DNA of 64,000 nucleotides from Kudoa neothunni (GCA_964304625.1 OZ199838.1:734481-798480); one strand, 5' to 3'; counted from the stretch's first letter, positions 13,702 through 28,229 are shown. Notes: generated by a model not told the origin, from the sequence alone. A program made the numbers and translations.

Positions 13702-16700
13702 GTGCTATAGTAATCACACAATGCACGTTCGTATGATGATCGAACGAAGTTTTCTTCATAATTATAAACACGAACGAAACCATTCGTGCATTTCGTGTTT
13801 GATGATGGTGGTAAAGTATGCGTTGTTGTGGACGAAGCTCAAACCTAAAACTGGCGTGACCTTATTACTTGACCATGGACCATAGTGCTGGCGCACGATT
13901 ACACGCTATTGTTAGTATGTTGATACGCCACAGGGACACCTAAAAACACCCTCTTGTGAATTTTTTCCGAATTTCTTTTTTCATCATTTTCCATGATAAA
14001 ATAAAAGAATATGGGGAGCAAAGATTCTTCTTAAAATAATAACTTCTAAATTTTAATAATTTTCCATCCAAACGCTGTCGGACACACGAGTAGTCTCCAT
14101 CTTTTTTTCAACAAACACTGAATTTTTTTCCCTTACTTCTTAGTTATTAATGAAAAAGTTATTTATTATTACTATTTTTTACTATTGTTGTATAACAATT
14201 TCATATGAACTAACTTTAATAATAAACTTATTACATGGCTCACAAAAAGAGTTCATTTTTCAATATAATGAAAATACTTTTTGAATTTTAAACAATAGAT
14301 ATATATGTATTTAATTTTTTGAAGTTTATAATTTTTTTTATATAATTTGTTGTTAGAAATTAAGACTGAATTTAATTTTTATTATTAAACTTCAGAAACA
14401 TAATATTTAAAATCTACTATATAAAACTGTTTTACCTTGCAGTATCGGTAATATATTGAAAAAAAATATTAAGCTATATTTTTATTTTTTTTATAAGTTA
14501 TTGTGTATATCGAAACTTTATAACAACATTTTTACGTTTATTAAATATAGTAATAGAACACACATAAAAACTCTTCTAATAAAGTATTAATTTCAAAAAG
14601 TCGACCTTTATTTGTTACCTATTGAAACTAAGTGTTTATCTAAAATATAGTACGTAATTATTTATTTTTAAAAACTCATCAATTCTAAGAATATTAAGAT
14701 AATGCATTTTGAGATCACGTGGTTGTCCTCGTTTTTAAACTATTTACAATTAGAACCAATAAAAACATACATAGAAAAATTTTATAATGTAAACTTTATG
14801 TGTATATACTCAAAAATATGAAGAACAACCAAGTTATGATTTATTATTAAAACAAATTAGACAACAATTCAATGTTTGTTTAAAAAAGATGGAAATTGCA
14901 CATGTGTCCGACAGCGTTCGGATGAAAAGTTATTGAAATATAAAAGTTATTATTTTAAGATAAATTTTGTCTCTCTTTATTCTTTTGTTTTATTATGGAA
15001 AATCATGTAAAAATGATTTTCGAAAAATATTCACAAGAATGTGTTTTTAGGTGCCGCATACTTTATCATTATCAACACAATCTTAGATACTAAATTAATA
15101 TTAAATTTTAAGCGAAGAAAAATATAAGCAATTACGTTCCTCATCTCGATTTAAGGGAATTTTTGAAGTATGTTACCTCATGTCCTAATTTCATATTTTA
15201 TTATCAAATAAAAACTTGATATCAGTGTTTTTTTCAAAGATAATTAAATTAATTCAGGAAACAGAACCCTGCTATATTATGTTACGCTATAATTAAGTTG
15301 GCCTAAACGTTTTTTAGAATGATGAAAATACTCTCAAACCCTAATTTTATAAGTCTAATAATTAGAAGTGAATTTTTCAAGTGGCCAAGTTATGTCCGTT
15401 CACTTTGCTTTTGAGATAATTCAATATTACACATAATAAAGAGAAATGAATTAAATTTACTCCAAAAATATCTTATTTTTAATATAAACTACTAATTTTC
15501 TAAGATATTTTTTCTTTGAGTTTTCCCAATAAATGAGCGAATTCTTGTAAACCTGGTTGACTTTTTCTTGGATGTACAGTTGAATTTCTTGCTTGAAAAT
15601 TTTCTGAGTCCCTATCCCGTTCATAATATTTTGAGTGGGTTTTCGAAGATTCCAGGCTCTTGGGGATTAATTCTAATTTTTTTTTCAATAATGATTACAC
15701 TCAAAGTTTTAACATCAAATTTGTTTGTTTAAAGGAGTAATTTGGTTCAGCCATGTCAGAAAAAAGCGACTCAACGTGGTTTATCACAAAATTTATTTCT
15801 TTATTTCGCAAACTCACACTCAACAAATTTTAAATTTTTGATAATTTAAAAATTGTTGGAGAAAAGCAGCGATCTTATGGTTGAAAAAAATAAATTGTGT
15901 GTATGTTTCGTCCAATAAATTTTCCAAATGCATACAATAATCGCCCATAAGAATTTCATGTTGTGTTTGAATCATTGCATTGATACGATGAAATACTATA
16001 AACACATAACGATAATATAAAAAACGAAACTTACACGAATTACACAATGTGACGATGGCCTTTTCACCTGCTCCAAAAGATCAAAGAAATCGGAAAATAT
16101 TTTGAAAAATTTAGCTACCACAACACATTCTTTCTTGTCTAATCCATCAAAGTATTTTTTAGCTGGATGATTTTATAGCACACCCTCCAAACTATCGAAA
16201 CACACCAATAACTTCCTTAGTCGATCGCTAAGACAAATCCATGGTCGCGTAGCTGAGCCCCACTGTATTTTCATTGGTATGTTGGACTGTAAATCTACCG
16301 TTTTATGAACAGATCCGCACAGTTTATCCATATTATTCACCCTTAGTATGTATAAATCGGATGTGTTGTTTGTACTAAGATCCCAAAATACACATAATAA
16401 ACAAATTGAAATTAGATATTATGGCGATAGTAAAATTTATTTATAAACTCATTAGTAAAAAAAATGTAATAAATATATTAAAATACATAAACACAAATTA
16501 TTTAAATTTAGATTAAACAATTTTATTTTGATTTACCAAACAGAATTATGAGAGATTAAGATAGCATATCGTTAAATATATCACTTTTACATTTATTCGC
16601 TCATCAAGATTTTTACATCAATTTATACATAAAATACCTTAAGATATAATATTGCGAAGACGGTGAGCAACACATCTGGTTGTGTTGAAATCCCTTAGAC

Positions 16701-17560
16701 CTAATAGATTGTTTGCTGCGGAGCCACAAACAATTCTTAGATCAGATTTGCTACGTGAAAATTTAGAACAAAATTCGGTGTAGGTTTTATTTATATTTCC
16801 TCAATGTTTTTTACCGGAAAATAGATTTTGTCATATTGGAAATGTTGAAGGGTGAAATTTTTAACTAATAACATTGATATATTAATGAATGAATCGATTT
16901 TGGCATTATCAGTACAAAAATCAATGGTTAGGCATATACATACTATTGCGATTGATTGTTTCAATTAATTTTTCCAGTTTTAAATACATGCGCTCATATT
17001 CATTCATAATTATTTGTTTAACGCATTTTCTGGATAAATCTTAAGCCTATCAATAAGTTCAATGAACTTTTTGCCTAAGTAAAATGCGAAGTTTATTATT
17101 TCAGTAAACGATGCACTTTCTGTTATTGTAAACGGGGAGATTTTTTCAACTACAAAGTTGGCAATTTTAATGTCAAAAATTAACTGATCGAATACGCTTA
17201 AATTAACAATGGAGGGAGGTGAAACAAATAATTCACTAATTTTTATATCTTTATTTGTTTGAGTATGTAACTTATTATGACTAATAAGTTTCCTATTCCA
17301 GTAAGACGACTTATGTGGAAATATTTTGTTGCACCTTGTGCAAACAATAAAATCAATTTGGGACGTTTCATCCCCGTCTTTAGTAATGATGAACAGAAAT
17401 TTCCCCATTCTTTAGAATGCGTGGTAGATTTTTTCCAAGAGAAAGGTCTACCAGCTTTCAAAGCCTCTTCAACGCTCCCCGCATTCCAGTTTGATATAAT
17501 GTAACTAAAAGAAGACACGAACACGAACCAATGGGCGTTGTCTATTTCTAAGGTCCACAA
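13702..17560 (-). mobile_element. hAT-superfamily DNA transposon with BED zinc finger (decayed copy 1)
   Basis: BED finger (W..F...FIVCTRCNK...LISHNKLH) in ORF 17010-17408, a C(AS)H motif near 16660 and an ATRPW segment near 16240. Both ends are homologous to the termini of the copy at 54067-56988. Confidence 0.8.
13935..15055. repeat. Nested ~1.1-kb foldback/MITE-like unit with ~190-bp imperfect inverted repeats
   Basis: 13935-14125 (cacctaaaaacaccctcttgtgaa...aacgctgtcggacaca...) is the reverse complement of 14866-15055 (...tgtgtccgacagcgtt...ttcacaagaatgtgtttttaggtg). Confidence 0.85.
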
Positions 17561-18680
17561 AGCCATCCTCTACATCCTGAAATAATCTTTATCCTAGTTT
17601 CTACATCAGTAAGCGTGACTTTTCTCATTATGGCGTAACCTGGAACTGAGTTTCTTGACGACGCGACTTAGCATCACATTCATGAACTTATGAATAAACT
17701 CGTTTATATTTTACAGAAGGCACTTCATTTCTTTTATAAGAAATATCAGAATTAATACTATTTTGCACATTTTGCAGTGCTATGTCCAGAGTTGAATGAG
17801 CTATAAATACTCACACGAAAATTATAACTGACGTAATAACCACATGGATTAAATTTCTTATTTTTCGTGCTCTACTCTCCTAATTTTCTTCCTTGATTTA
17901 TAAAATTCTATAATAACTAGCGCTTAGACTACAGTTAATTGCTTTCTAACCAATCACCAACCTCATAAAAAACTAATAATATGATGGAACCTCGCTATAA
18001 CGAGGTATTTCAAAGTTAGAGAGTATCATTCTTGAACGGAACGTTTAATTTAAGTTAATCATAATTTTTAATAAAATAAAAAATTAATTATTCAATTTAA
18101 TATTGAAAAACTAAAATATTTTGCGGTCTTTATATATTGTGCAGAAAAATATCGTCTAATTTAATGTATATTCAAAGTATTGAACAGTAGATGCCTACGG
18201 AATACTATAATAACTTGTGTGAGTTTTAAAAGTTTTATAATTATTATTTTAAAATATATTCAATAAATGATTACAACGGTGTTCAATAAGTTTAATTATT
18301 TTAATTTAACACGATGTCTATTGGTTCGTTTCATGGCCAATAACCACTACCTTGAATTAATATGGTTGAATATTTTTTTCATTTACATTTCTCATATTAC
18401 TAAAAGTTATTCCATAAAAATGGTTATCTGTTGTATTCAATTTATTCAGAATATTGAATATAATGTGTTTTTTATGTTTAATGCAGAATTATCTCAAATT
18501 ATAAACCACTTACATTAAGATTGATTTAACTTGAATATAATACTATCGTAGAATGAATATACGACAACGATTTATTCAATCATTTAGTCGAAAACAGATT
18601 TTTGGTTATAAATTAGGAACCTCGTTTGAGCCCTTAAATAATTCGAATAAATACGACGTGATTTTTATTGAATTCTATAA

Positions 18681-20027
18681 ATGAATATTCTTTTTTCGTT
18701 TATTATATTTTACAATTTATTGTATGTTCATCAATTTGAAAGTAGTTTTATATTACACTCGTCAAATCTAACAATGTCTAAGGACTAGTGTACGATGATT
18801 ATAGCTTTAAAGAAGGAGTATGTCCTCATGAAGCTCTTCAAACCCATATTCGTACCTGTACTCCATTTGTCAGATGGTACATCCGAAAATCTGACAGACA
18901 ATGCGTACAGTTTGACTACAAAGGGTTTGGTGGAAACTTTAACAACTTTGCAACAGAAAAACAATGCATAGATCATTGTATTTTCATTAAACTCCCTTTT
19001 CGCTAAGATTTATATTAGACACTATTACTCCAAATGATAAAGTAAAGGGTTGCGCTGAAACAGCAGCAATATCAGGATCTTGTGGACCTAATAGGGGAGA
19101 ACAAAAATGGTCCTACCATAGATCCATCGGTACGTGCAAATCATTTACATACACAAGTTGCGGAACAAGTAATAACGTATACGACTCTAAAGAAGAATGT
19201 GAAGGATATTGTAAAAGTATCATTTTACTTAATTTTTTAATAAAATGTTGGCATCGAAAATATTAGAAAGGCCTCAAGATGTTAACAAGTACGACTGTCA
19301 AGTCAAACCGAAAGTGGACTCTAACAATCCCTCTACAGGAATTATAGCTGATTTGAGACTTCACCGATGCGTGTACTCAGCAGTTGAATACCATAGTTTT
19401 GGGAAGCATGATTATGGCAATGGAGAGATAGAATATATTTCAAGGAAACGTGGAATATTCAAATCATTCCAAGAATGCGTGAATACATGCTATCGTAACT
19501 CTGTAAAACAAGTGTATCTAATAATTTTTAATAAATAGCCAACGAAGCCGATAAAATTCCAGCTTGTAAAAAAACCGAACCTTATATATTTCCTAAATCA
19601 GATTCCACATGGACTAAAACAGATGTTGTAGTTAGTTATTATTTTAATAAGAATGACCAAAAATGTCATCGAATGGAGAGTTGGCCTGGTGATTTTAATC
19701 CTGAAAATAATATTTTTGGATCTAAGGAATTATGTTTGAGTTACTGTGGAGGTATTACTTATTCACTTATATTCGAAACTGACATGATTTGAAGGAAATG
19801 ACGATACATTGGAAACGGCTGAAGAGATATGCGAATTGAACGTTGCTTCAGTTTATAAACAAGATAAAGAGAAAGAGGTTGGAAATTTGAATATTGTTAG
19901 ATATTACTATTCTCAACAAACCAAAGAATGTGCAGAATTTCATTATGGAGGTGTTGGAGGAAATGGGAACAACTTTGTGTCTAAGAAAGTTTGTGAAAAG
20001 GTTTGCAGAGATCAAAGCAACTACTAA
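18681..20027 (+). CDS. Secreted protein with five tandem Kunitz/BPTI-like domains
   Basis: Signal-peptide-like exon [18 protein letters not shown]. Five phase-1 GT-AG introns (18742-18782, 18978-19018, 19217-19266, 19495-19538, 19752-19794) give one open frame with one domain per exon. Motifs include F.Y.G.GGN.NNF...C...C (domains 1 and 5) and [13 protein letters not shown] (domain 2). Confidence 0.9.
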
Positions 20028-23000
20028 ATTCGAAGATTTTTAAAAATATTTACATTATACAAATTATATATTAATATATGATGAAATTTATTTTTTATTT
20101 TATTTTTCTTATGTGTCGATTTCTAAAGGTTCTAATTAAAATAATATTTAGTATGTTTAGGTTGCAAGCACAATAATATATAATTCAAAGTTTTACTACC
20201 ATTTAATAAGCCTACCAACCTTCTTGATTATTTATATAACAATAAACTAATATGACATTATATCATTCTATTATATACGTACCGCAAGTTTTCGATATAG
20301 ATAGTTAATATTTTTTGAAATTCCTTTACACAGCATTGCATATCTTCGACGTAGATAATATTTTAATATCACATTATAAAAATATATCAAAATAACATTT
20401 ATTTGTTAAAATTTTTATTATATTAAAGGTTTTGCCACGGGGAAGAAATTAAATCAAATTTTAACTCGAATAACCCCATTTAATTACACATTCGAACGTT
20501 TATCATAATGAGAGGAGTAAATTTTTATAAAATAGTTAAATTAATCTAAAATTTCTATTAATGACTCTAGAGCGGTAAAGAATATCACATATTCTGTTAC
20601 TGTGATTTTTTTTTCAAATTATTATAGGTTGTTCTTCTCTGAAAAGAATTTTGTCGAATAAATCTGATAAAATGAGCTCCAATGTTTCTACTACCAGTGA
20701 AACGAATAAAAATTTAAAGTTTTTCAAGCTCGAAATTAATTTATATTACCGGTCAGTGTAATAACATCAAAATTAAGAAAAATATTCTAGAGTTATTGTT
20801 CGCTGAGAAGGCACAACTTTTTTCTGGTGGTATTAAAATCAAAAGTTTCGGTTGAAGCACAGCTTGGCTCGAACATTAAAGACTCGATTTGTTTTTAATG
20901 TTCATTATCCTTGGAAAAGCAGGGTATTTGATGATAAATTGTGAAAATTAGGTAAACAAATTATGTGACGAAATAGGTAGATATGAAAAGAAAATGTATT
21001 AAACCATATCGAGTAAGCTTGTTTTATGAACAATATACTCAATGAATTTATTTGATAAAGAGTGAATAATAATAAAAGAGAATCAAAAAACCTGTCGTCG
21101 ATTTTCAGACTATTTAATTTAAAGGGAAAAATTCCACACATAATTTCCGTGGTATGTTCAAATATCCTGTTTAAAAAGAATTAATAATTTAAATGTCAAA
21201 TATTACGATTCAACAAAAATTGTTGGATATCTTCAAGTATCGTTTTTATATGATAAAAATCTCAATCAAAAGATCCCAACAGAAAAGGGAAATCCCTATT
21301 ACTATTAGATCGATAGCATTCACATTCATAATTAAATAATAATAATAATAACAGAATATGTCATTTTTCGATAAAAACCTCGAAAAATTTATTATCTACG
21401 CGTGCGCCAATAATAGATACTGCAGGGATTCCAAATTGGGGTGCAAGATCCGATCAAAATTAAAATAATTTTTCATAATTTTGTTTGGGAGAAATTATTT
21501 ATTTTTTGATTTTTATGTCTTAAAATATTATGAATACTGAGTTATATTTTTAGTCTGATAAGTTTTCATTTATTATAATGCAAAAATATATGAAAAATAA
21601 AATTTAATATACAAAAAGAGTGAATTAAAAATTTTCTTTAAGTAAATGTAGCACTTTAAAACGAGCAATATGTGTATAGATTACAAACAATCCCATTTAC
21701 ACGACCTTGAAATTCTTGGTTTTTAGGATAAAATCCACTAGTAGTCTCACAATAAATTAATTTTGGTTTCGATTCGCTACAGACGATTATTGAAATTTTT
21801 CTACAAATATTTTTCATTCTCAAATAATTTAAATCCCGTTAAAGTGTTATCTAAAACATTATTTTTGACCCCTGGGTTCTTTAATCGTCGAATTCTGACC
21901 TAGTTCGGGAACTGTTTGCACCACTAACTTTGTGTGAGATAAAAAATAGAAAAAGTATTAAAATTAATTGATATAACTAAAAATTGTTTCAATATAAACA
22001 TAAATAATTTATATAATTAGATGAAATAAGATTACAAACATCTGTATTGAACTTAATCACTGAATGTTAAACATAGCGGATGATTTCAATGAAATACACG
22101 GACCTAGCATTTGCATTATAATGCTTCAATCGATCCTATTATAGCATGCTCTATAGATTTGGTATTAATGAAGCAAATATGGACATTTTTCCATATCTAA
22201 GACAATTAATACGATCTTCGAAGCGTGCTTATCGAGTCAAATACATAAAAACTCACGGCATAAAGAGTACATTAGCGCAATCATTCAAAGGCGCAGTCCA
22301 ACATTAAGTAAAAAGTCGGACAATTCCGCTTAATTTACATTTGATTAAGCATATAAGGGGCAAGTTAACTTCAACCGACCGTCACCATGACGTGAGCCAG
22401 TGGTGGGCACAACTTTTGGGTTTTGGGGCCACATTGTCACATTACAGAAGCTTAGAGGGTCGTATTGTTGATCAAATGTTTTCTAAGAACTTAATACCTA
22501 TTGCTGGCTTTCCTTACATTTTCGGCACAATAAACAAGTTAGTGTATAAATCAATTTAAAAAAATTTAATAATTTTTTTAAATATAGAAGTTTTTTAATC
22601 GACATACTATTGCATGTTACGACCAAAAAATAAATTTTATATTTAATAAATATTAATTATAACTAAAGTTATGAAAAGTTAATATTACTCATTAAGTACA
22701 CTTGAAATATATAAAAAATGATTCTGATATAATTGTTTTAAACATATAATTCAATATAACATCTTATTTAAAATAAGACCTAAATTATAAAAAATTAATT
22801 ATAATAGTTAATTTTTTATAATTTATAATTCAAATATGGCGCGGTGGTGTTAAACTCGCATACCTCTGCAGTATACGTGCACCAACTTTGCAGGATCTAG
22901 AAATAAGTTTTTCACATCCTTTTCATTAGTTTAACTTATACATATATAATAAAATATTCGTTTAAAGTATTAAATAAATTTTAAATATACGAAAATAGAA

Positions 23001-23924
23001 TATGCAACCAACCTACAAATTTTTACAATCACATATGCGCATATATCAAGCTTCATTTATACGAAAAAGAAATTCCACGTCTCAATCGTTTTGAATAAAA
23101 AAGGTTCGACTGTATATAGAAGATATATTTAATTATATAAAAATAGTCAGGTGTTTTTTGTATATAATTCAGTAAAACACAGGTCTACCGTCAACCTTTT
23201 TAATGAATTTATCAATTAATATTACTAAGTAAAACAATTAGTTATTTCCCTCGTATTTTGAATAAATAATAACTTGATTTATTGTAATAACCTAACATAT
23301 ATTGAGATATTAGTACAAACTTTAGGAAAAAATTATTCCATTGTTTATTAGATATTACTACTATAATTATTTATAATGGTTATTCTATATTATCTAAAGA
23401 TTAGATTAAATACGCCGTAAATATTATTCTTAAGCTGTGTTAAGTTACGTTAGTCTCTGATAAAGTATTACTGTCCAATATTAAATTCCTTAACATTACT
23501 TGCAAGGGAATTAATCGGAAATATTTTAGATTCTTTATCATTTTTAGTACAGAAAAAATACTTTTATTATTGCAGAACTAAGTATATAGCTTATATAGGA
23601 TAGAATAATGTATCAAACGTAGAATTTTAAAAGAGTAGGTCTGAAATATTTAAAGGCAGATTCGGTAACAATTTTGTTATATTCTTTTAATAATGTTAAA
23701 GTAAATGATATTATTACTTCAATTCTATATTGTCCTTTCCATTACATAAAAGGATATGTTAATTATCACGTTGATATATTTTTATTAGTGAAAAGATTCT
23801 TCAATATCGTCTATTTTCCTATCATATAAAATGTTGGTTAAATAAAATTTGTAATTTTCTACGTTCGTAATGGTTCATTTTTATTTAGTATTATAAAAAG
23901 ACCTTTACAAATTATCACTCAAAC

Positions 23925-25490
23925 ATGAAATTTATTGAAATTATAATATTTCTATATAACTTTTCATTTTTTCTCAAACTCCCACTAATAAGCCAATTAA
24001 TATTCAAGAATATTTGTGAAGATACATATAACCTAACCCTGAACGAGTGTTATGACAACCATACTTTGAATAGTTTAGTTTCGCAGCACTCATCAAATTG
24101 GATGATTTGGTCTAATTGGGCTATACTGTTACCTACTCTGATTTCTATACTCTACATCAACTATAATTCAACCAAGTATTCACCTGAAAAATTGATCTGG
24201 ATCCCATGTTTATCGAGTTTACTAACTTCATGCATTGGAATATATCTCTCTCGTTTTCCATCGACTACAATTTACCTATACGTATATTATCTACGCGATA
24301 TAGTATTATTCCACGTTGTAAATAATATATAGTTCGCCTTATCATTCATTCCTAGTTTCTTTGGAGGACTAGGTTCATTTAAATCACTGGTTCAAACCTA
24401 TGTTTCTATCATCACAGACGAAAAAAACTTGAAAACTAAATTTGTAATGATTGAGGCTATTACAGTGATTGCACTGTGTCTTAGCGCAATTTTGAGTGGT
24501 GTTTTTATCACGTACATTGGCTATCTAATCTCATTTATCCTATTAATAATCGTGGAATTGTCAGTTATTGGACTATCAGTATTTCTTGATAGAGCCATAC
24601 CAAAGTCTAATAATCCAATTATTCGACCTAGTAATATCTATAGAGTTACAATAGATACAATAAAATGTTTTAATACGGGTGCAATTTTAATATTCATTTC
24701 TCAAACTGCACTTGGTTTTGGTATATATTTTGAGGGTGATTATCTATAAAATTATAATTTCAGCTGAGATTCCTCTACAAAAATTATATCTTTTATATTC
24801 AATGCATAGCAAATTCAATTTCTCCTCCATAAGTGGCGGTTTCATTCTCTTTTTCCTCTCACTTCCACGTGGTATTGGTTCTGCTGCCCTAATACCACTG
24901 TTTAACAAATACATCCAAAATGTGCCTTGTTGGAAATATTGCGCACTGTCCACAATTCTTCAGTTGGCTTTCTATTATCTAGTGGGTTTCGCAAATAATA
25001 GGATCTACCTATTTGTTGGTATCTAAAATAGTATTAAGTCATGTTATTATTATTTATCTAGCTCCAATTTTGCTTATATTTCAGGATATGATCAGAGCTT
25101 CATTCAACACAAGTTACACAAAATTATTTAAGGGCCAAAATAGAAGTATTCTTGATTATAGTATTATTTCACCATAATTAATCGAATTTATTAGCGATAA
25201 TTTATCCCTTACAAAATATAGCCGTAATACTGTTTTCAGCCATCGGGACATTTTTAGCCAATTGTTTCTACAAAAAAACAATTACGTCCTTCTCTGGATT
25301 GGTTTATATTGTATTTGGAAGCATTGCTTTCGTAGCCACAGTATTGGGAACGTAACTACTTGTATATTTAAAGGAAAAATATATAGAATATTTTAGTTTT
25401 GGCGTTTACCTTTTGGAGAAAGATTCAACTCTTGATGCAACCAGAACGTCAATAATACAAGAAAATATAGAGAATTCTGTTGATAAATAA
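23925..25490 (+). CDS. MFS transporter, SLC46 (PCFT/HCP1)-like; paralog A, intact
   Basis: Six exons, with introns 24282-24332, 24721-24763, 25019-25061, 25146-25194 and 25352-25396, give an open multi-TM frame ending in TAA. It has an N-terminal IE...FL motif and a first luminal loop with two Cys (KNICE...ECYD), as in the SLC46 family. MFS is secure; the subfamily is less so. Confidence 0.8.
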
Positions 25491-27181
25491 TAATCTATGC
25501 TTGAGAAGCGATATTATTTAAATTTATATCTAATAATCTCTTTTTATATTATATAATTAATATGTTTTCTGGTAACTAACTATTAATTCCAGTATTCTTA
25601 TAAGTTACATTAGTATATTGACAATTCTTTTATAAATGAGGCTTTTAAAAATGTATTTCTAAATTTTATTAGCAAAATATTTAAATTTATTCCCATTGTT
25701 TTTATTTAAATACAATATGAGTGTTTTTGAGCTAAAATATTGCTTCATAGTATTAATTCAAATCAATATAAATTTGTTTTGACATTAGGCACATATATAA
25801 TTTTTATGTATTAAATAATTAATTCGTATCTTTATATAAGTCGAATTCGAACTTAACACACTAAAATCATTCGATCTTTCACGGTTACATTGGTTTTATT
25901 CAATATTTCCAATACTCTAGGTTTTTTTCATGTTCTTTGATTTTTTTATTAATAAAAAAATCAAACGTTGTGTTGATATATATATAATTAATTTAGATAA
26001 TCAGTCTTTTAAATGATAATCAGGAAATATTATTGTTTGAATAATAAATCTAATAAGAATATAAAAATTAGGAATTTCGCATAGGTTTGAGTGTAGCAAT
26101 ATTTCTTCTAATTATATCGTATTATCTAATATTATTTACTTTTGTCATTTGGTCGTATTTCCGTGTTTATGTTTAAGCGGAACTTTGTTGTGACTATTAA
26201 TAATTTCAATTACTTATTTTTAATTGTTGAAATAAATATCAAATTCGAGTCAATGTATGAAAAAAACATTTATAAAATGTGCTTTAATTGTAATTGATAA
26301 AAGAAATTATTCTTAAAAATGGTCTAAAAATTTGTGGAAAAAGACATTTTTTTGGATTCCATAAGGACTTTTTAAAAAATCCTGCCGCTTACTTTGCGGA
26401 CAGAAAGGATAATCATTCTAATGGATACGATAAATAAAATTAAACCAGTTACTCGTAAAAATGATAATTATAGATTAATTGCACTAAGTTTAATATATTA
26501 TTTGAGTAGAAAATATTAAATGTTTAACATGACAATTTAAAAACGTATTATACCAAGAAGGAGAATATGCTGAGGTTAACAACTCTCGAATAGGGAAATT
26601 ATTAATATACATCTTCAATAATGAATATGAACTATTGAACGATGAATTTTTGTATTATTAATGTCATTTAAATAATATTTTTTTAATATAATTGTTGTTG
26701 AGTCTTGGTGGTTTTTGATAATTCGAGTTGGTAGAACAGCCCCTTCTAGATATTTTAAATAATATAAACTTTAACGAATTATTAAATTAACAATGAAGAT
26801 TTTTTTAATATTATTATTATTATGTAGATTTATATGGCAATTACCTATAATATATATTTTAGATCTAATTACAGGCTTCAAATTTTTTGTGTATGGTTTA
26901 TCTAAATTATAATGACAAATTAGATTATTTATGAATAATGTGAAATTAGTCCTATACAAATAAATAGAGTTATATATTAGTAGTATTTAGAGAATGCTAT
27001 TTTTGACGTTTATAAATAAAGGAGATTGGACACAGTTGTGAGCAAACATCTCTATGATGCAATAACACGAATTAACATTTCATATAATATAACAAAATTA
27101 TATTTTAATATAATTATCGGCTCACAAACAATATATATATATATAAGGATTTGGTCGCTATTTACAAACAACCACACACCA

Positions 27182-28050
27182 ATGATTGCACCAAGAAAGA
27201 CATTCGATAAAATTTTTAATGAAGAGAAAAATTCCATCAATCATCTCAGTGAAGGGGACTTTCTTGGAGAGCCTTCTAATTGTAGTAAATGTGGTGGAAT
27301 CAGATTTTCGATCAATAGAAAAATTTGCGATGTTTTGCAAAGTATTGCCGGAAAAAAGTTTCTATTTTTGACTATAGGACCATCAAAAATATGAAACTCA
27401 AAGTTAATGATTTCATGGAGTTGGCTTATTGTTGGTTAGTGGGTGTAAAAACTCTTAACTTGATCACTATTACTGGCCACTCTTCTCAAACTATCACTAA
27501 CTATTCCCACTATCTTAGACAAATGATGGCTGATAGTTTTGTATTCAAAGGAATTATAATTGGAGGAGAAAATACAGTCGTAGAAATTGATGAGTCGAAG
27601 TTTGGTAAAATAAAACATAACAAAGACCATGGTGTTAATGAAGCATGGGTTCTTGGAGGTGCCGAAAGCACATTAGAAAGAAGAATGTTTCTTGTGGAGG
27701 TATCTGATATAACTGCTAAGACTCTAATGAACAAATAAAAACTTATGTTAAACCAGGCTCAATTATCATCACTAAGTGTTTCAAAAGCCACGCCACACTT
27801 CATAATTTCTACGCTCATCACACTGTTAACCACAGTATAGAATATGAAAATAGTGTTTTGGGAGCTCATGCCAATACTATTGAGGGCATTTGTGGTGCCA
27901 AAAAATACCGAATATCTCCAAGAAATAGAACATCATCAGTTAATGAGGATGGAGCATTTTGTATGGATGGCATTAATGAATTTCTTGGTGAATTCCAATG
28001 GAGAAGAATATATCAATATGACTAATAGAGTGGTTTCATACAATCTCTAA
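27182..28050 (+). mobile_element. Merlin / IS1595(ISXO2)-like transposase, frameshifted
   Basis: CSKCGG zinc ribbon, IGGENTVVEIDESKFGK, WVLGG, PGSIIIT, HHTVNHS and AHANTIEG, spread across frameshifts. Confidence 0.88.
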
Positions 28051-28229
28051 AAATCAAACAACTTTTATTAGCCTTTTTGTTGCATTATATATAAAAAATC
28101 TTTTTTTACAATAAATATAAGCACTATTTTATTGAGAATTAGGGGGCCTTGACCAAATTTTGGCCAATTTTTGTATAATTTTTAACCTGCAAGCATATTT
28201 CAAAAAAAAAAACATATTAATATGATTTG

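Noticed and set aside
13870-13950. Transib/RAG RSS-like motifs (cactatg; cacaggg...aaaaacacc)
   Set aside because: Wrong spacer length, no partner end, no 5-bp TSD and no RAG1/Transib coding sequence.
19217-19266. U12-type intron (donor gtatcatttt)
   Set aside because: It does not match RTATCCTT, has no TCCTTAAC branch site, and GTAT donors are common in this window.
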